Of a stretch of 64,000 bases of DNA, positions 1 to 9,951 are shown in pieces. The stretch spans positions 4,690 through 68,689 of the forward strand of contig JAVBPB010000003.1 of assembly GCA_031549965.1 (NCBI GenBank). Direction: 5' to 3'. This DNA is from Mobilisporobacter sp. (GTDB taxonomy: Bacteria; Bacillota; Clostridia; Lachnospirales; Lachnospiraceae). The notes below the pieces were generated by a model. It was not told the origin of the DNA. It searched no databases and saw nothing but the letters and a program-made list of their open reading frames with translations. How positions within the stretch are numbered: the stretch's first letter is position 1; the number at the start of each line of letters is the position of its first letter. The position numbers and the translations under genes were made by a program.

Positions 1-1
1 A

Positions 2-1438
2 GCATTGGACAGTTTTCAAAATCTAAACATTTTTTGTAATAACATTAAAACTGAAAATGGTTCAGGCTCAGGTATATCAACCATTGATATAAACGCAACA
101 ACCATAGTGGCTGATGATCTTGAATTAAATGCAGGAAATTCATCAAAAGCCGAATCAGGAACAGATAATAACGTAAAAATATCAGGTTCATATTTGGGAT
201 ATAGCTATAATCACAATGCTGATGGTATAGAAGGAGAAGGAACAAACTATATAGACAGCAGTAGTAGTTCAATTATAGTAAACAGCCCTAATGCCAATTT
301 AGATTTAAGCGGATTATCCGATTTATATCTGGCGGGAGTGGCATACATTGACATCCCTAATACTGAAGGAATAATAACTGGTGAATCAATTGCAATAAAA
401 AGTAATCAAAATGTTTATTTAATACCAGCAAAAGATTTATTGGTAAATAATTTATCAGTTTCAAGTAATCCATTTAAAACAGAAGAAACTATTGAAGACA
501 GCGATTTAAAGGTATCAGATGATTTTATTAATAAAATTGAAGATAATGTGTGCATTGGTTTGGAAAGATTTGATGATATAATCGAACTTAAATCTTTTAA
601 TGTAGCTAATTTTTTTGTAGAAGATCAAACCTATTGTTATCTAAAATTTAAAAATACATATGCAGCAACAAGATTTATTAAATACATGGATGTTGAGGAA
701 AACATAGCACAAGAAGGCAATAAAAGATATAAAGGTGCAAATATAATATTACCAACTAATAATTTATACACTGGAGGCTTTGTATCAAACGTTACATATA
801 CTCCAAGTTCCTCAACCATTAATGCTTTTATACCAGATGGCTCATCCCTTATAGATGACGCTTTTAAGCTTAACATTGAAAATGAATATAAAGCTAAATT
901 CAATAATGCAATAAATATTTCAGAGTTCTATGATTTAAATAAAATAAATGAAATAAATGATGATTTATTAATTGCCATAAATGCGTCAGGAACTTCTGTT
1001 ATATATTTAGGCTCAACAGGAGGAGAAATTCCTGAATTTAATAATATAACTAAATTTATATATATTTCAAAAAGTGATTTAAACTCAGACAATGAATTAT
1101 GGAACAAACTTAGACAAAATCTTAAAAATGAGTTTAATGGAATAATAATATCCAAAGGAAATGTTGATTTGGATTTTGGCTTAAATAAAAAAATGAATGG
1201 AATGATATATACATCAAAGATTCTTAAAATAATTGGTTATACAACAATTAATAATGATTACAACAGTGTAAAAGATTTATTAAGCACATATGGCAATATA
1301 GAGTATAGAAATACTTCGTTAAATCGAGACAAAATCGTATATCTATTAAAAAACTATAATATAACCCCTGAGGGTTTAACTTTAGAAGAGCATAGTTACA
1401 AAGATTTTATATATTATGAAAACTGGCACAAAAAATAA
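2..1438 (+). CDS. Large hypothetical protein, 5'-truncated by the window edge; lies immediately upstream of two pseudopilin genes (possible pilus-associated component)
   Basis: Frame is open from nt 2 to the stop at 1436-1438. Asn/Ser/Ile-rich with no catalytic motif recognised. 26 nt upstream of a prepilin-type gene. Confidence 0.55.
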   Translation, partial: ALDSFQNLNIFCNNIKTENGSGSGISTIDINATTIVADDLELNAGNSSKAESGTDNNVKISGSYLGYSYNHNADGIEGEGTNYIDSSSSSIIVNSPNANLDLSGLSDLYLAGVAYIDIPNTEGIITGESIAIKSNQNVYLIPAKDLLVNNLSVSSNPFKTEETIEDSDLKVSDDFINKIEDNVCIGLERFDDIIELKSFNVANFFVEDQTYCYLKFKNTYAATRFIKYMDVEENIAQEGNKRYKGANIILPTNNLYTGGFVSNVTYTPSSSTINAFIPDGSSLIDDAFKLNIENEYKAKFNNAINISEFYDLNKINEINDDLLIAINASGTSVIYLGSTGGEIPEFNNITKFIYISKSDLNSDNELWNKLRQNLKNEFNGIIISKGNVDLDFGLNKKMNGMIYTSKILKIIGYTTINNDYNSVKDLLSTYGNIEYRNTSLNRDKIVYLLKNYNITPEGLTLEEHSYKDFIYYENWHKK

Positions 1439-1464
1439 ATTTAATAAAGAATTGGTGGTTTGCT

Positions 1465-2001
1465 ATGATTAAAAAAAATTTAAATGGTTTTTCGTTAGTT
1501 GAAATAATAATGGTTATGGCAATAGTAGCTATTTTAATTAGTGGCATAGCTGTTAGCACAAATATATTATTTAAAACTAGTGGAAAAAAATGTGCCAGTA
1601 TAATAAATGATTCCTTAACAAAACTAAGAACAGAATCTATGGCAAAAGAAGGCAGATTTGCTTTGAAAATAATAAGGGACGATACTGGCAATTATTCCAT
1701 AGAATTTTGCAAATATGATATAACAGAAAACAAATGGGTATCATATTTAGAACCAAAGAATCTAAAATTTAAAAATGACATAACCTATAAAGCATTAGAG
1801 ACTGGACAACAGCCAGATATTAGTGATGCTGAAATTATGGCTGGAATTATAATAACAAAAAACAAGCCTATTTTAATCGAATTTGACAAATCATCAGGTT
1901 CAGTAATTTCAGGAGCCGGAGAATATAAAGTACATAGTTCAAATGGCTCTGACTATACAATAAAACTGGTAAAATTAACTGGAACACATTACTTAGAGTA
2001 G
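1465..2001 (+). CDS. Type IV pilin-like protein (prepilin-type N-terminal cleavage/methylation domain)
   Basis: N-terminus MIKKNLNG/FSLVEIIMVMAIVAILISG shows the class III signal: Gly at -1, Phe at +1, Glu at +5, then a hydrophobic helix. Confidence 0.8.
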   Translation: MIKKNLNGFSLVEIIMVMAIVAILISGIAVSTNILFKTSGKKCASIINDSLTKLRTESMAKEGRFALKIIRDDTGNYSIEFCKYDITENKWVSYLEPKNLKFKNDITYKALETGQQPDISDAEIMAGIIITKNKPILIEFDKSSGSVISGAGEYKVHSSNGSDYTIKLVKLTGTHYLE

Positions 2002-2014
2002 GGAGTGAAAAACT

Positions 2015-2578
2015 TTGCTTAACAGAGTTAAAATAAATAATAAAGGAATCAGTCTGGTAGAAGTAGTAATTACAATGGGTATAGTTTCAATAATAATGTC
2101 CAGCTTATTTTTCTTTATATCAGTAGGCTCTAATGCAGTAAAAAACTCTACAATAGATGCAGACCTGCAAATTAATTCCCAGTCGGTATGTAACCAAATT
2201 CAAAAAGAAATTATGCAAGCAAAAACAATAGGAGTAATGTCAATGGATAATGGCAGTCTCTACGACCATATAACAGCACCTGCCGGACTTATTGACATAA
2301 AAGTACTATACATTGACAATCAACTTTTTATTTTTGATAGCACAACAAAAATAATATATTTTGCAAAAAGACTTACATCTAATCTAATAACATTAACAAC
2401 CGAAGAACTAGCCCCAATGATGACAGACAATAACATATTATCAAAAGACATCAGCCAATTTAAGATATCTCTTGATAAATTACAATCTTCAAAATATGTT
2501 CAATTATATATAAAATTTCAACACGGCAATAATCAAATTGAAACAAATACAAAAATTAAAGTCAGAAATTTTAAATAA
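2015..2578 (+). CDS. Second type IV pilin-like / minor pseudopilin protein
   Basis: TTG start 9 nt after GGGAG. NNKG/ISLVEVVITMGIVSIIMSSLF has Gly at -1 and Glu at +5 followed by a hydrophobic helix. Confidence 0.75.
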   Translation: MLNRVKINNKGISLVEVVITMGIVSIIMSSLFFFISVGSNAVKNSTIDADLQINSQSVCNQIQKEIMQAKTIGVMSMDNGSLYDHITAPAGLIDIKVLYIDNQLFIFDSTTKIIYFAKRLTSNLITLTTEELAPMMTDNNILSKDISQFKISLDKLQSSKYVQLYIKFQHGNNQIETNTKIKVRNFK

Positions 2579-2601
2579 ATTGAAAAGAAAGAGGACAAAA
2601 C

Positions 2602-3111
2602 ATGTTTAAAAAATTTTACCCTAGTGAATACTTAAACTCCACCTATGAAATAGACTTTAAAAAATTATACAAATCCGGATACCGTGGAATAATATTCGAT
2701 ATAGATAATACTTTGGTAGAACACGGAGCATCATCAGATAGCAAATCAAAAGAACTGTTTAAAACCTTAAAATCATTAGGCTTCAACGTATGCCTTCTAT
2801 CTAACAACAAACAAAAAAGAGTAGAAGACTTTAACAAAGAAATCGGAGTCAATATTATATATAATGCCCAAAAGCCAAAAATCAAAAACTATCTAAAAGC
2901 AATGAAAATTATGGAAACTAACCCTAAAAATACGATTTTTATAGGTGATCAAATCTTCACCGATATATTTGGAGCCAACCGTGCGGGAATAAAATCATAC
3001 TTAGTAAAGCCAATAGGTAAAAAAGAAGAAATACAAATAATACTAAAAAGGTACTTAGAAAAAATAGTATTATTTTTCTACAATAAACATTTAAAATCAA
3101 ACAAAAAATAA
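2602..3111 (+). CDS. yqeG: YqeG-family HAD-IIIA phosphatase
   Basis: DIDNTLV (HAD motif I), LSNN (motif II) and GDQIFTDIFGANRAG (motif III). Overall collinear with B. subtilis YqeG as I recall it. Confidence 0.75.
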   Translation: MFKKFYPSEYLNSTYEIDFKKLYKSGYRGIIFDIDNTLVEHGASSDSKSKELFKTLKSLGFNVCLLSNNKQKRVEDFNKEIGVNIIYNAQKPKIKNYLKAMKIMETNPKNTIFIGDQIFTDIFGANRAGIKSYLVKPIGKKEEIQIILKRYLEKIVLFFYNKHLKSNKK

Positions 3112-3124
3112 GGAGGTTTAGAAC

Positions 3125-6100
3125 ATGAAAAAAATTCTAAAAGCATTTTCAATATTGATATTAACCACAGTCTTAATATCAATTCTAACCAGTGTATTTG
3201 GAGGATATGCCGGAGAAGAAATAAATGTTCAAAACAATCTTAATTTGAATAAACTAAAATCCAGAGGAGATACCATAAGAATCCTTGAAATAGTACCTCA
3301 TAAGGCAAAAACAACCCTGTCCTATATGATTAAAGGATATGAGCCTGTAAAAGCAAGAGACATTGTAGGTACACAACTAATAGACCTTGAGGACATATAT
3401 GGATATTATTCCGATGGAACTTATGTACCTAGTTCAACAGATGTTATAGATGCAACTCATAATGCTATGTATTATGAAAGACTTTATTACATGACAGATG
3501 TTTTTAAAAGATCTCTATTTGGTGCAACAGCAAAAATAGAATTAACAGTAGCTACACCAAGTATGCTAAATGCTGATTTATCATTAATAAGTACTGCCGA
3601 TTTAATATATATATCAGATACAGGATACGAAAAGGCAGAATATTTATATGTAAATAAAGTATTAGGTATTACAGATTCTAATTTAGCTGACCAAGAGGTA
3701 GAAAAAATAAAAAACACTACATTTAAATCAGATAACAATGATTTAACATGGAATACGGTAAAAAAATTATACGAATATGTAGCTATAAATGAATATCCTA
3801 TTATACTTAGCTCATCTATATATGATGGTAATAATACAACAAATAATGTAGATAAATTAATTATAATGCTTTGTCAGGTTAGAGATTTTAAAGATGTATT
3901 AGCATCATATATTAATTGGAACACTGGAGAATATAAACATGCAGGTGTATTTACAAATGAGTGGGATCATAAATGGACTATTGATGATACAAACCATTCT
4001 ATTAATTCATATTTTATTCCACCTGGTGGTGATGTTACAACATACCTAAATGCAGTTATAAATAAGAATATAATGTTATTTAATGGTAACGATGTGATTA
4101 CAGATGGAAATAATACAAGGATTACAGGGAATGCATTTAATAAATTAGTTAATGAAGAATATAGGGCATATGATGGTATAGTTGAAGATTCACAGGACGG
4201 AAAGGATATTTGCGATGTACCGGAAGATATGAAATATATTGATGTTGTAAAATATATAATAGGTCATGGAAAAATCAAGGAAGTTATAAAAAGTACAGAT
4301 ACTATAAGTACTATTAAGCCATTTAAAATATTAGAAGTTGAACCATGTAAATCATTTAAAGTTAAGAGTATAATAGAAGCAGCAGGATATTCTGTAAATA
4401 GGCCAGATTCTAAATTCCATGTTGTGGAAATGACATCACATTCATTTAATACAATTCATGAAGATTTAGTTTCGGATTATGATTTGATTATAATGGGATT
4501 GACGACTGGAAATATGAATGTATATTCAGGTTCAGGTAAAACTCAATATAATGACATTAGTTTAGATGGTAAAATATATTTACACATTGGTGATCTTGTA
4601 AGAGCTACTGTACATATATATCCAAAGCAGGAGGAGGTAAATGGAAACACTTATAAAGTTGATTCCGCTGGGTATACAAGATATAATGGTAATGATATTA
4701 CAAATTTAAAAAGAGCACAATTGGATAATTTTATAGAAAAGGGATTGAGAATTATCGTTGATGAAAATATGTTTTTAAATAATAATGTTAATTCACAATT
4801 AATTGATAATAGCTCGGTAATTTTTAAATTCTTAAATGAAAACATAAGCAAAGCTAATTTAAAAAAATACAACTACAATAACTTGTTTTCAGAAATAACT
4901 AAAGCAATGTTTTCAGAAAGTCCAAAACCTAAATTGGAAATGTTAGAATCACCAATTGAATATGTTGATTTTAATTCACAAGTACCAAGTAGGGTTGTTA
5001 ATGAAGATATTATTTCAACTTTAAAATACAAGTTTAGAGTTGGAGATCAAACAGACGAAACATATTCATATAAATTAATATTGGATGTTGATGGTGATGG
5101 AAGATTTGATGATACAAAAAAGGATTCGAAGGACATAAATATTGGGGCAGTAGTTGTAGAAAGCTCTAGCAGTCCTATTAAGCCAGGTAGTCTTTGTAAT
5201 ATTAGCTATGATGTTCAAAGAAATTACACAGGTTTAATAACATGGAAAATCGAAGTAACAAGTAGCAATGGTTTAACCTCATACAAAGTAGGGCATTGTG
5301 CTATAATGGGGAAAAAGCAAAAAGTGAGAGTATTGCAAATTATTCCAGATGCTACCCAGCTAAATTTTGAAACAAATCTTAATAGCCTAATTACAGGAAT
5401 ACCAGGTTTTGATTTTGATGTAAAAGTTGTATCAATTTCAACATTTAATGGGTGGTATGTAGGTAAACCTTATAAAAGAGATAATATAAACTCAGATCAA
5501 TTAATGAAAAATTATGATATGATAATTTTAGGATTTTGGGATTCATTTAATGGCAAAGACATAGCTAATACTAATGGTGAATTAGATAATTTAGAAGAGT
5601 ATATTGAATCACAAAGAATTGTTTTATTTTCTCATGATACTACAGGGTTTTATGTAAAATCAGGAAGCTTTGCAAAAAATATAACAGATAGATTTAGAAA
5701 CATATTAGGAATGGATAGATTTGGTTTGCATAAAGTATGGAAAGCAGGAGAAAGCCCAAATGATTCAGTGAGAGAAAGTGATAAGAATTATATAACTTCT
5801 ACTAGAAGCGGAAAAATTAGTACCGCAATAGAGGCTATTACGGATACATTTTTACTTAGATATCCAGCCTATGGAGCAAATGAAAGTAAACAATTGGCAC
5901 CATTTTTAGGACAGATTAATAGAGGTGATACATCAAATACTAGCTATGATTATAATGAGAATATAGTTACGACTAAAGCGGCAAAAGTAAATGAAGGTGT
6001 TATCTCAATATATCCATATAAAATTAGCTTTGATTTAGACAACTTTTTGGGAATAGCATCAACTCATGCACAATACTTTGCATTAGACATGGAAGATGAT

Positions 6101-6754
6101 GATATAACGGTTTGGTATACCCTAGCAGGAGATAAAACAAAGGTAGTAAGAGATACATATAAAGGCGAGATATATGATCAAACACAATATGATGGTAGAA
6201 GCAATTATTATATTTATACAAAAGGAAGCATTACCTACTCTGGGGCAGGTCATAGCGAACTAACTGGGAGTAGTAATATTGAAGAAAGGAAATTATTTGT
6301 TAACACAACAATTGCAGCACTTGCTAATGCTAATCATGCTCCTTATATTGAACTTAGTAATGTAAATGAATCAGCAACAGGAAAAATAAAGTATATTTCT
6401 GAAGTAGATACTATGTTTGATTTTAATATGCGTATTGCAGATATTGATTTTAAAGATGTGCTTTTTGAAAAAGTAATAGTTTATGTAGATAAGGATATGG
6501 ATAAAGTATATAATGAGAGTGTGGACTACTTAATTTCAATATATGATGGAAAGACTAAATATAATGATGTGATTAAAGCTAAAATTGTTAATAATGTATG
6601 GAATACTCAAGTAGTTGAAAATATTCAAAATTCATGGTTTAATTCTGACAATAAGTTTAATATAGTAATCGAAGTTACAGATGCCAGATCAGAGAGTATA
6701 AAAGAAAAGGAAGTATTAACAGTTGTTCAGCGTAAATTATTTAATTTAAAATAG
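3125..6754 (+). CDS. Large secreted/membrane-anchored protein with three repeated Rossmann-like (GATase1/ThuA-like, DUF5057-like) modules
   Basis: N-terminal signal/anchor MKKILKAFSILILTTVLISILTSVFG. Three modules begin RILEIVP, KILEVEP and RVLQIIP; each is followed about 60-100 aa later by ADLIYISD, YDLIIMGL or YDMIILGF. RBS GGAGG precedes the start. Confidence 0.7.
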   Translation: MKKILKAFSILILTTVLISILTSVFGGYAGEEINVQNNLNLNKLKSRGDTIRILEIVPHKAKTTLSYMIKGYEPVKARDIVGTQLIDLEDIYGYYSDGTYVPSSTDVIDATHNAMYYERLYYMTDVFKRSLFGATAKIELTVATPSMLNADLSLISTADLIYISDTGYEKAEYLYVNKVLGITDSNLADQEVEKIKNTTFKSDNNDLTWNTVKKLYEYVAINEYPIILSSSIYDGNNTTNNVDKLIIMLCQVRDFKDVLASYINWNTGEYKHAGVFTNEWDHKWTIDDTNHSINSYFIPPGGDVTTYLNAVINKNIMLFNGNDVITDGNNTRITGNAFNKLVNEEYRAYDGIVEDSQDGKDICDVPEDMKYIDVVKYIIGHGKIKEVIKSTDTISTIKPFKILEVEPCKSFKVKSIIEAAGYSVNRPDSKFHVVEMTSHSFNTIHEDLVSDYDLIIMGLTTGNMNVYSGSGKTQYNDISLDGKIYLHIGDLVRATVHIYPKQEEVNGNTYKVDSAGYTRYNGNDITNLKRAQLDNFIEKGLRIIVDENMFLNNNVNSQLIDNSSVIFKFLNENISKANLKKYNYNNLFSEITKAMFSESPKPKLEMLESPIEYVDFNSQVPSRVVNEDIISTLKYKFRVGDQTDETYSYKLILDVDGDGRFDDTKKDSKDINIGAVVVESSSSPIKPGSLCNISYDVQRNYTGLITWKIEVTSSNGLTSYKVGHCAIMGKKQKVRVLQIIPDATQLNFETNLNSLITGIPGFDFDVKVVSISTFNGWYVGKPYKRDNINSDQLMKNYDMIILGFWDSFNGKDIANTNGELDNLEEYIESQRIVLFSHDTTGFYVKSGSFAKNITDRFRNILGMDRFGLHKVWKAGESPNDSVRESDKNYITSTRSGKISTAIEAITDTFLLRYPAYGANESKQLAPFLGQINRGDTSNTSYDYNENIVTTKAAKVNEGVISIYPYKISFDLDNFLGIASTHAQYFALDMEDDDITVWYTLAGDKTKVVRDTYKGEIYDQTQYDGRSNYYIYTKGSITYSGAGHSELTGSSNIEERKLFVNTTIAALANANHAPYIELSNVNESATGKIKYISEVDTMFDFNMRIADIDFKDVLFEKVIVYVDKDMDKVYNESVDYLISIYDGKTKYNDVIKAKIVNNVWNTQVVENIQNSWFNSDNKFNIVIEVTDARSESIKEKEVLTVVQRKLFNLK

Positions 6755-6767
6755 GAACCAACGAATT

Positions 6768-6802
6768 ATAGAGATGCCAATTTATAAAATTGGCATCTCT
6801 AT
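6768..6802. terminator. Bidirectional hairpin between the convergent 1209-aa gene and hydF
   Basis: Perfect 15-bp inverted repeat ATAGAGATGCCAATT / AATTGGCATCTCTAT with a 5-nt loop. Confidence 0.6.
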
Positions 6803-6854
6803 ATAGGTTGATGGTTATATATATTAATATATAGTACAGTACTATTTTGATTTT

Positions 6855-8063
6855 CTAACCAAATATTTCTATATTTTTCTCAAGAATATCTTGAAGGTAA
6901 GCCATTAATACTCCATAGTTAACTATAGGAATATTAGAGAGTTTAGCTATCTCAATTCTATGTTTCATTTCTTTTAAATTAAGAGTACATCCACCGCAAT
7001 GTATTATTAAAGCATATTTTTCTATATCCTTTGGATAGGATAAACCACTACAAGTTTCAAAAATTAATTTTTTTCCAGTCTTTTTAGTAAGCATATTTGG
7101 TATCTTAACAGTGCCGATATCATTACATTGCCTGTGGTGAGTACAGCCCTCAGCTATAAGAATTTTATCCATATCTTTTAAATTATTAATAGCTTTCGCA
7201 CCATTAACAAGTTCATCCAAATTACCCTTGTGTCTTGCAAAAAGAATAGAAAATGAAGTAAGAAATACATCCTTTGGAGTCATTTCATATACTTTTTTAA
7301 ATACTTGAGAATCTGTAATAATTAGTTTGGGCTTTTTAGACAGACTGGACAGTGTTTTAGCCAAACCATCATCTTTAGTTACAATAGCAGTAGCTCCCAC
7401 ATCTAAAATTTCTCTTATTGTTTGTTGCTGAGGTAAAATTAATCTTCCCTTAGGTGCTGATTCATCGATAGGTACAACCAATACCACCACATCATCAGAT
7501 GTGATTAAATCAGAGACAATAGGAGGATTATTTAAATGCTCAGGAGCAAGTTTTGAAAGCTCAGTTTTTAACGTATGAATCCCTTCACTTGATAAAGTTG
7601 AAACAGCTAATATATTTTTTCCGGCTTTATTTTTCAAATTGTTAACGTATTGGGTTCTATCATCTAATTCCAACATATCTATTTTATTTAAGATAATAAG
7701 ATATGGTATGTTTTTTTCTTTAATTGCATTTAATAATTTTTCTTCGGTATCATCCAAAAAAGAATTAGTTGTTACAAACAAAGCAATATCTGTTCGATTT
7801 AAAACATCAATTGACTTTAATACTCTTTGTGCTCCAAGGGTTCCAGTGTCATCAAGACCTGGTGTATCAATAATTACAACAGGTCCAATAGGAAGAAGTT
7901 CCATTGATTTTTGAACAGGATCAGTAGTAGTGCCCTTTATATCGGAAACAATAGCAATATCTTGATTAGTAAGAGCGTTTATCAAGCTAGATTTTCCAAC
8001 ATTTCTATTACCAAATATTGCAATGTGAACACGTTCACCAATAGGGGTAGAATTTAAACTCAT
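6855..8063 (-). CDS. hydF: [FeFe]-hydrogenase H-cluster maturation GTPase HydF
   Basis: G1 motif GNRNVGKSS, DTPG and NKID GTPase motifs. C-terminal FeS motif CTH...(about 50 aa)...HCGGC. Confidence 0.85.
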   Translation of the reverse strand: MSLNSTPIGERVHIAIFGNRNVGKSSLINALTNQDIAIVSDIKGTTTDPVQKSMELLPIGPVVIIDTPGLDDTGTLGAQRVLKSIDVLNRTDIALFVTTNSFLDDTEEKLLNAIKEKNIPYLIILNKIDMLELDDRTQYVNNLKNKAGKNILAVSTLSSEGIHTLKTELSKLAPEHLNNPPIVSDLITSDDVVVLVVPIDESAPKGRLILPQQQTIREILDVGATAIVTKDDGLAKTLSSLSKKPKLIITDSQVFKKVYEMTPKDVFLTSFSILFARHKGNLDELVNGAKAINNLKDMDKILIAEGCTHHRQCNDIGTVKIPNMLTKKTGKKLIFETCSGLSYPKDIEKYALIIHCGGCTLNLKEMKHRIEIAKLSNIPIVNYGVLMAYLQDILEKNIEIFG

Positions 8064-8223
8064 AAAATCATCCTTTCGTCAGGTGTATTCTTTATATTAA
8101 TCTACACTTAATATAAAGAAAAAAGTAGAGCCTGTCAATGGTTTTAGAGAATAACTTAACTAAAAAGATTATTATTAAATTTAATTATTTTTAAGAACAA
8201 AAAATTGTTACCAAACAAATAAG

Positions 8224-8252
8224 TTGAAATAAAATGAATACTATGTTAAAAT
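8224..8252 (+). promoter_or_regulatory. Candidate sigma-A promoter for aroQ
   Basis: TTGAAA, 17-nt spacer, TAAAAT, about 35 nt upstream of the aroQ start. Confidence 0.4.
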
Positions 8253-8286
8253 TTTATTGAATATTAAAAAAGAAAAGGGATTAAGC

Positions 8287-8727
8287 ATGAAATTACTGGT
8301 AATAAATGGACCCAATATTAATTTTTTGGGAATAAGAGAAAAAGGCATATACGGCTCAAAAGGATACAATGAATTGATAGAAATGATTAATCAAAAAGCT
8401 GATAATGCAGGTATTACTATAGAAATATTTCAAAATAATTGTGAAGGCAAAATTATTGATAGATTACAAGAAGCATATGAAGATGGAACGGACTCAGTTA
8501 TAATAAATCCTGGTGCATTCACCCATTATAGTTATGCAATAAGAGATGCAATAGCATCTATAGAAAAACCTGTAATTGAAGTACATATCTCAAACGTACA
8601 TAAAAGAGAAGAATTTAGACATACTTCTGTAACAGCAGAGGTTTGTACAGGTCAAATTGTAGGACTTGGGCTTTATGGATACATTTTAGCAATAGATGCA
8701 TTAATAGAGCAGTACGACTCATTTTAA
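8287..8727 (+). CDS. aroQ: Type II 3-dehydroquinate dehydratase
   Basis: MKLLVINGPNINFLGIRE..., NPGAFTHYS, HISNVHKREEFR. ATG at 8287 follows AAAAGGGA; the ORF-track start at 8257 is probably an N-terminal over-extension. Confidence 0.9.
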   Translation: MKLLVINGPNINFLGIREKGIYGSKGYNELIEMINQKADNAGITIEIFQNNCEGKIIDRLQEAYEDGTDSVIINPGAFTHYSYAIRDAIASIEKPVIEVHISNVHKREEFRHTSVTAEVCTGQIVGLGLYGYILAIDALIEQYDSF

Positions 8728-8794
8728 CTACAAAACATATACCTATAATAATGTCGATTCGCAAAAAACAAAACAACACCAAAGGAAAGCAAAT

Positions 8795-9862
8795 ATGGAT
8801 AAAATTAAAAAAGTAGAAGAACTACTAGAAAATGAAAGTGTAGATGTAATTCTAGTAGTTGATGGAAATAATATGAGATATTTAAGCGGATTTACTGGAG
8901 CTACAGGATATCTTTATATATCTAAAACTAAAAAAATTATTTTAACAGATTTTAGATATATTGTACAAGCCAACAAAGAAAGCATTGGATTTGAAGTAGT
9001 TGAAGTATTTAAAGGAAAATACATTGAAGCAATTAACGATTTATTAAGTAGTGAAGATAATAAGATAGTTGGTTTTGAAGATTATGTACTTAATTATAAT
9101 GAGTACATGGAATTTGAAAATCAAGGCATAATGACAAAACTTATGCCACTTGGGGAAAAGCTTAACAATCTAAGAAGCATAAAAACTGAAGATGAACTAT
9201 CAAATATAAGTAAAGCTGTAGATATTGGAGATTTAGCCTTTACTAAAATTTTAGACATAATAAAGCCAGGAATGACAGAATTAGAAATCGCAATGGAACT
9301 GGAATATATTATGAAAAAAAATGGAGCAGAAAAGTTAAGTTTCGAATCAATTATTGCATCTGGAATAAATGCTTCAATGCCTCATGCGACTCCAAGCAAT
9401 AAAAAAATAGAACTAGGGGATTTTTTGACTTTAGATTTTGGATGTGTATATAATGGTTATTGTTCAGATATGACAAGAACTGTAGTAATAGGAAAAGCCA
9501 CCCAAACCCAAAAGCATATTTACTATGTTGTCTTAGAAGCTCAAAAAAGAGCACTGGAAGGGTTAAAAGCAGGAGTGAAAGGTTGTGATGTAGACAAGAT
9601 AGCAAGAGACTATATTAATGAATCAGGATATGAAGGCTATTTTGGACATGGGCTTGGTCATAGTGTAGGGCTTTATATACATGAAAATCCAAGATTATCT
9701 CAAACAGACCAAACAGTCATACAAGCTAATATGACCGAAACAGTAGAACCGGGTATTTATATTCCAAAATTTGGAGGAGTTAGAATAGAAGATCTGGTAG
9801 TAGTTAAGGAAGATGGTTATATTAACTTTACCCATTCAGACAAAAACTTAATTGAATTATAA
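8795..9862 (+). CDS. M24 family Xaa-Pro aminopeptidase (YqhT/PepP-like)
   Basis: Creatinase-like N-domain plus M24 metal ligands (DFG...D, HGLGHSVGLYIHE, EPGIY, RIED). Sits in the conserved position between aroQ and efp. Confidence 0.85.
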   Translation: MDKIKKVEELLENESVDVILVVDGNNMRYLSGFTGATGYLYISKTKKIILTDFRYIVQANKESIGFEVVEVFKGKYIEAINDLLSSEDNKIVGFEDYVLNYNEYMEFENQGIMTKLMPLGEKLNNLRSIKTEDELSNISKAVDIGDLAFTKILDIIKPGMTELEIAMELEYIMKKNGAEKLSFESIIASGINASMPHATPSNKKIELGDFLTLDFGCVYNGYCSDMTRTVVIGKATQTQKHIYYVVLEAQKRALEGLKAGVKGCDVDKIARDYINESGYEGYFGHGLGHSVGLYIHENPRLSQTDQTVIQANMTETVEPGIYIPKFGGVRIEDLVVVKEDGYINFTHSDKNLIEL

Positions 9863-9890
9863 AAAAATAAACATTTTATGAAAATAATGG

Positions 9891-9919
9891 TTGAAAAAAG
9901 AACAAAATTAGTATAAACT
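9891..9919 (+). promoter_or_regulatory. Candidate sigma-A promoter for efp
   Basis: TTGAAA, 17-nt spacer, TAAACT, about 30 nt upstream of the efp RBS. Confidence 0.4.
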
Positions 9920-9951
9920 TATAAAGAACTATTTTAAGGAGGAATATCATT

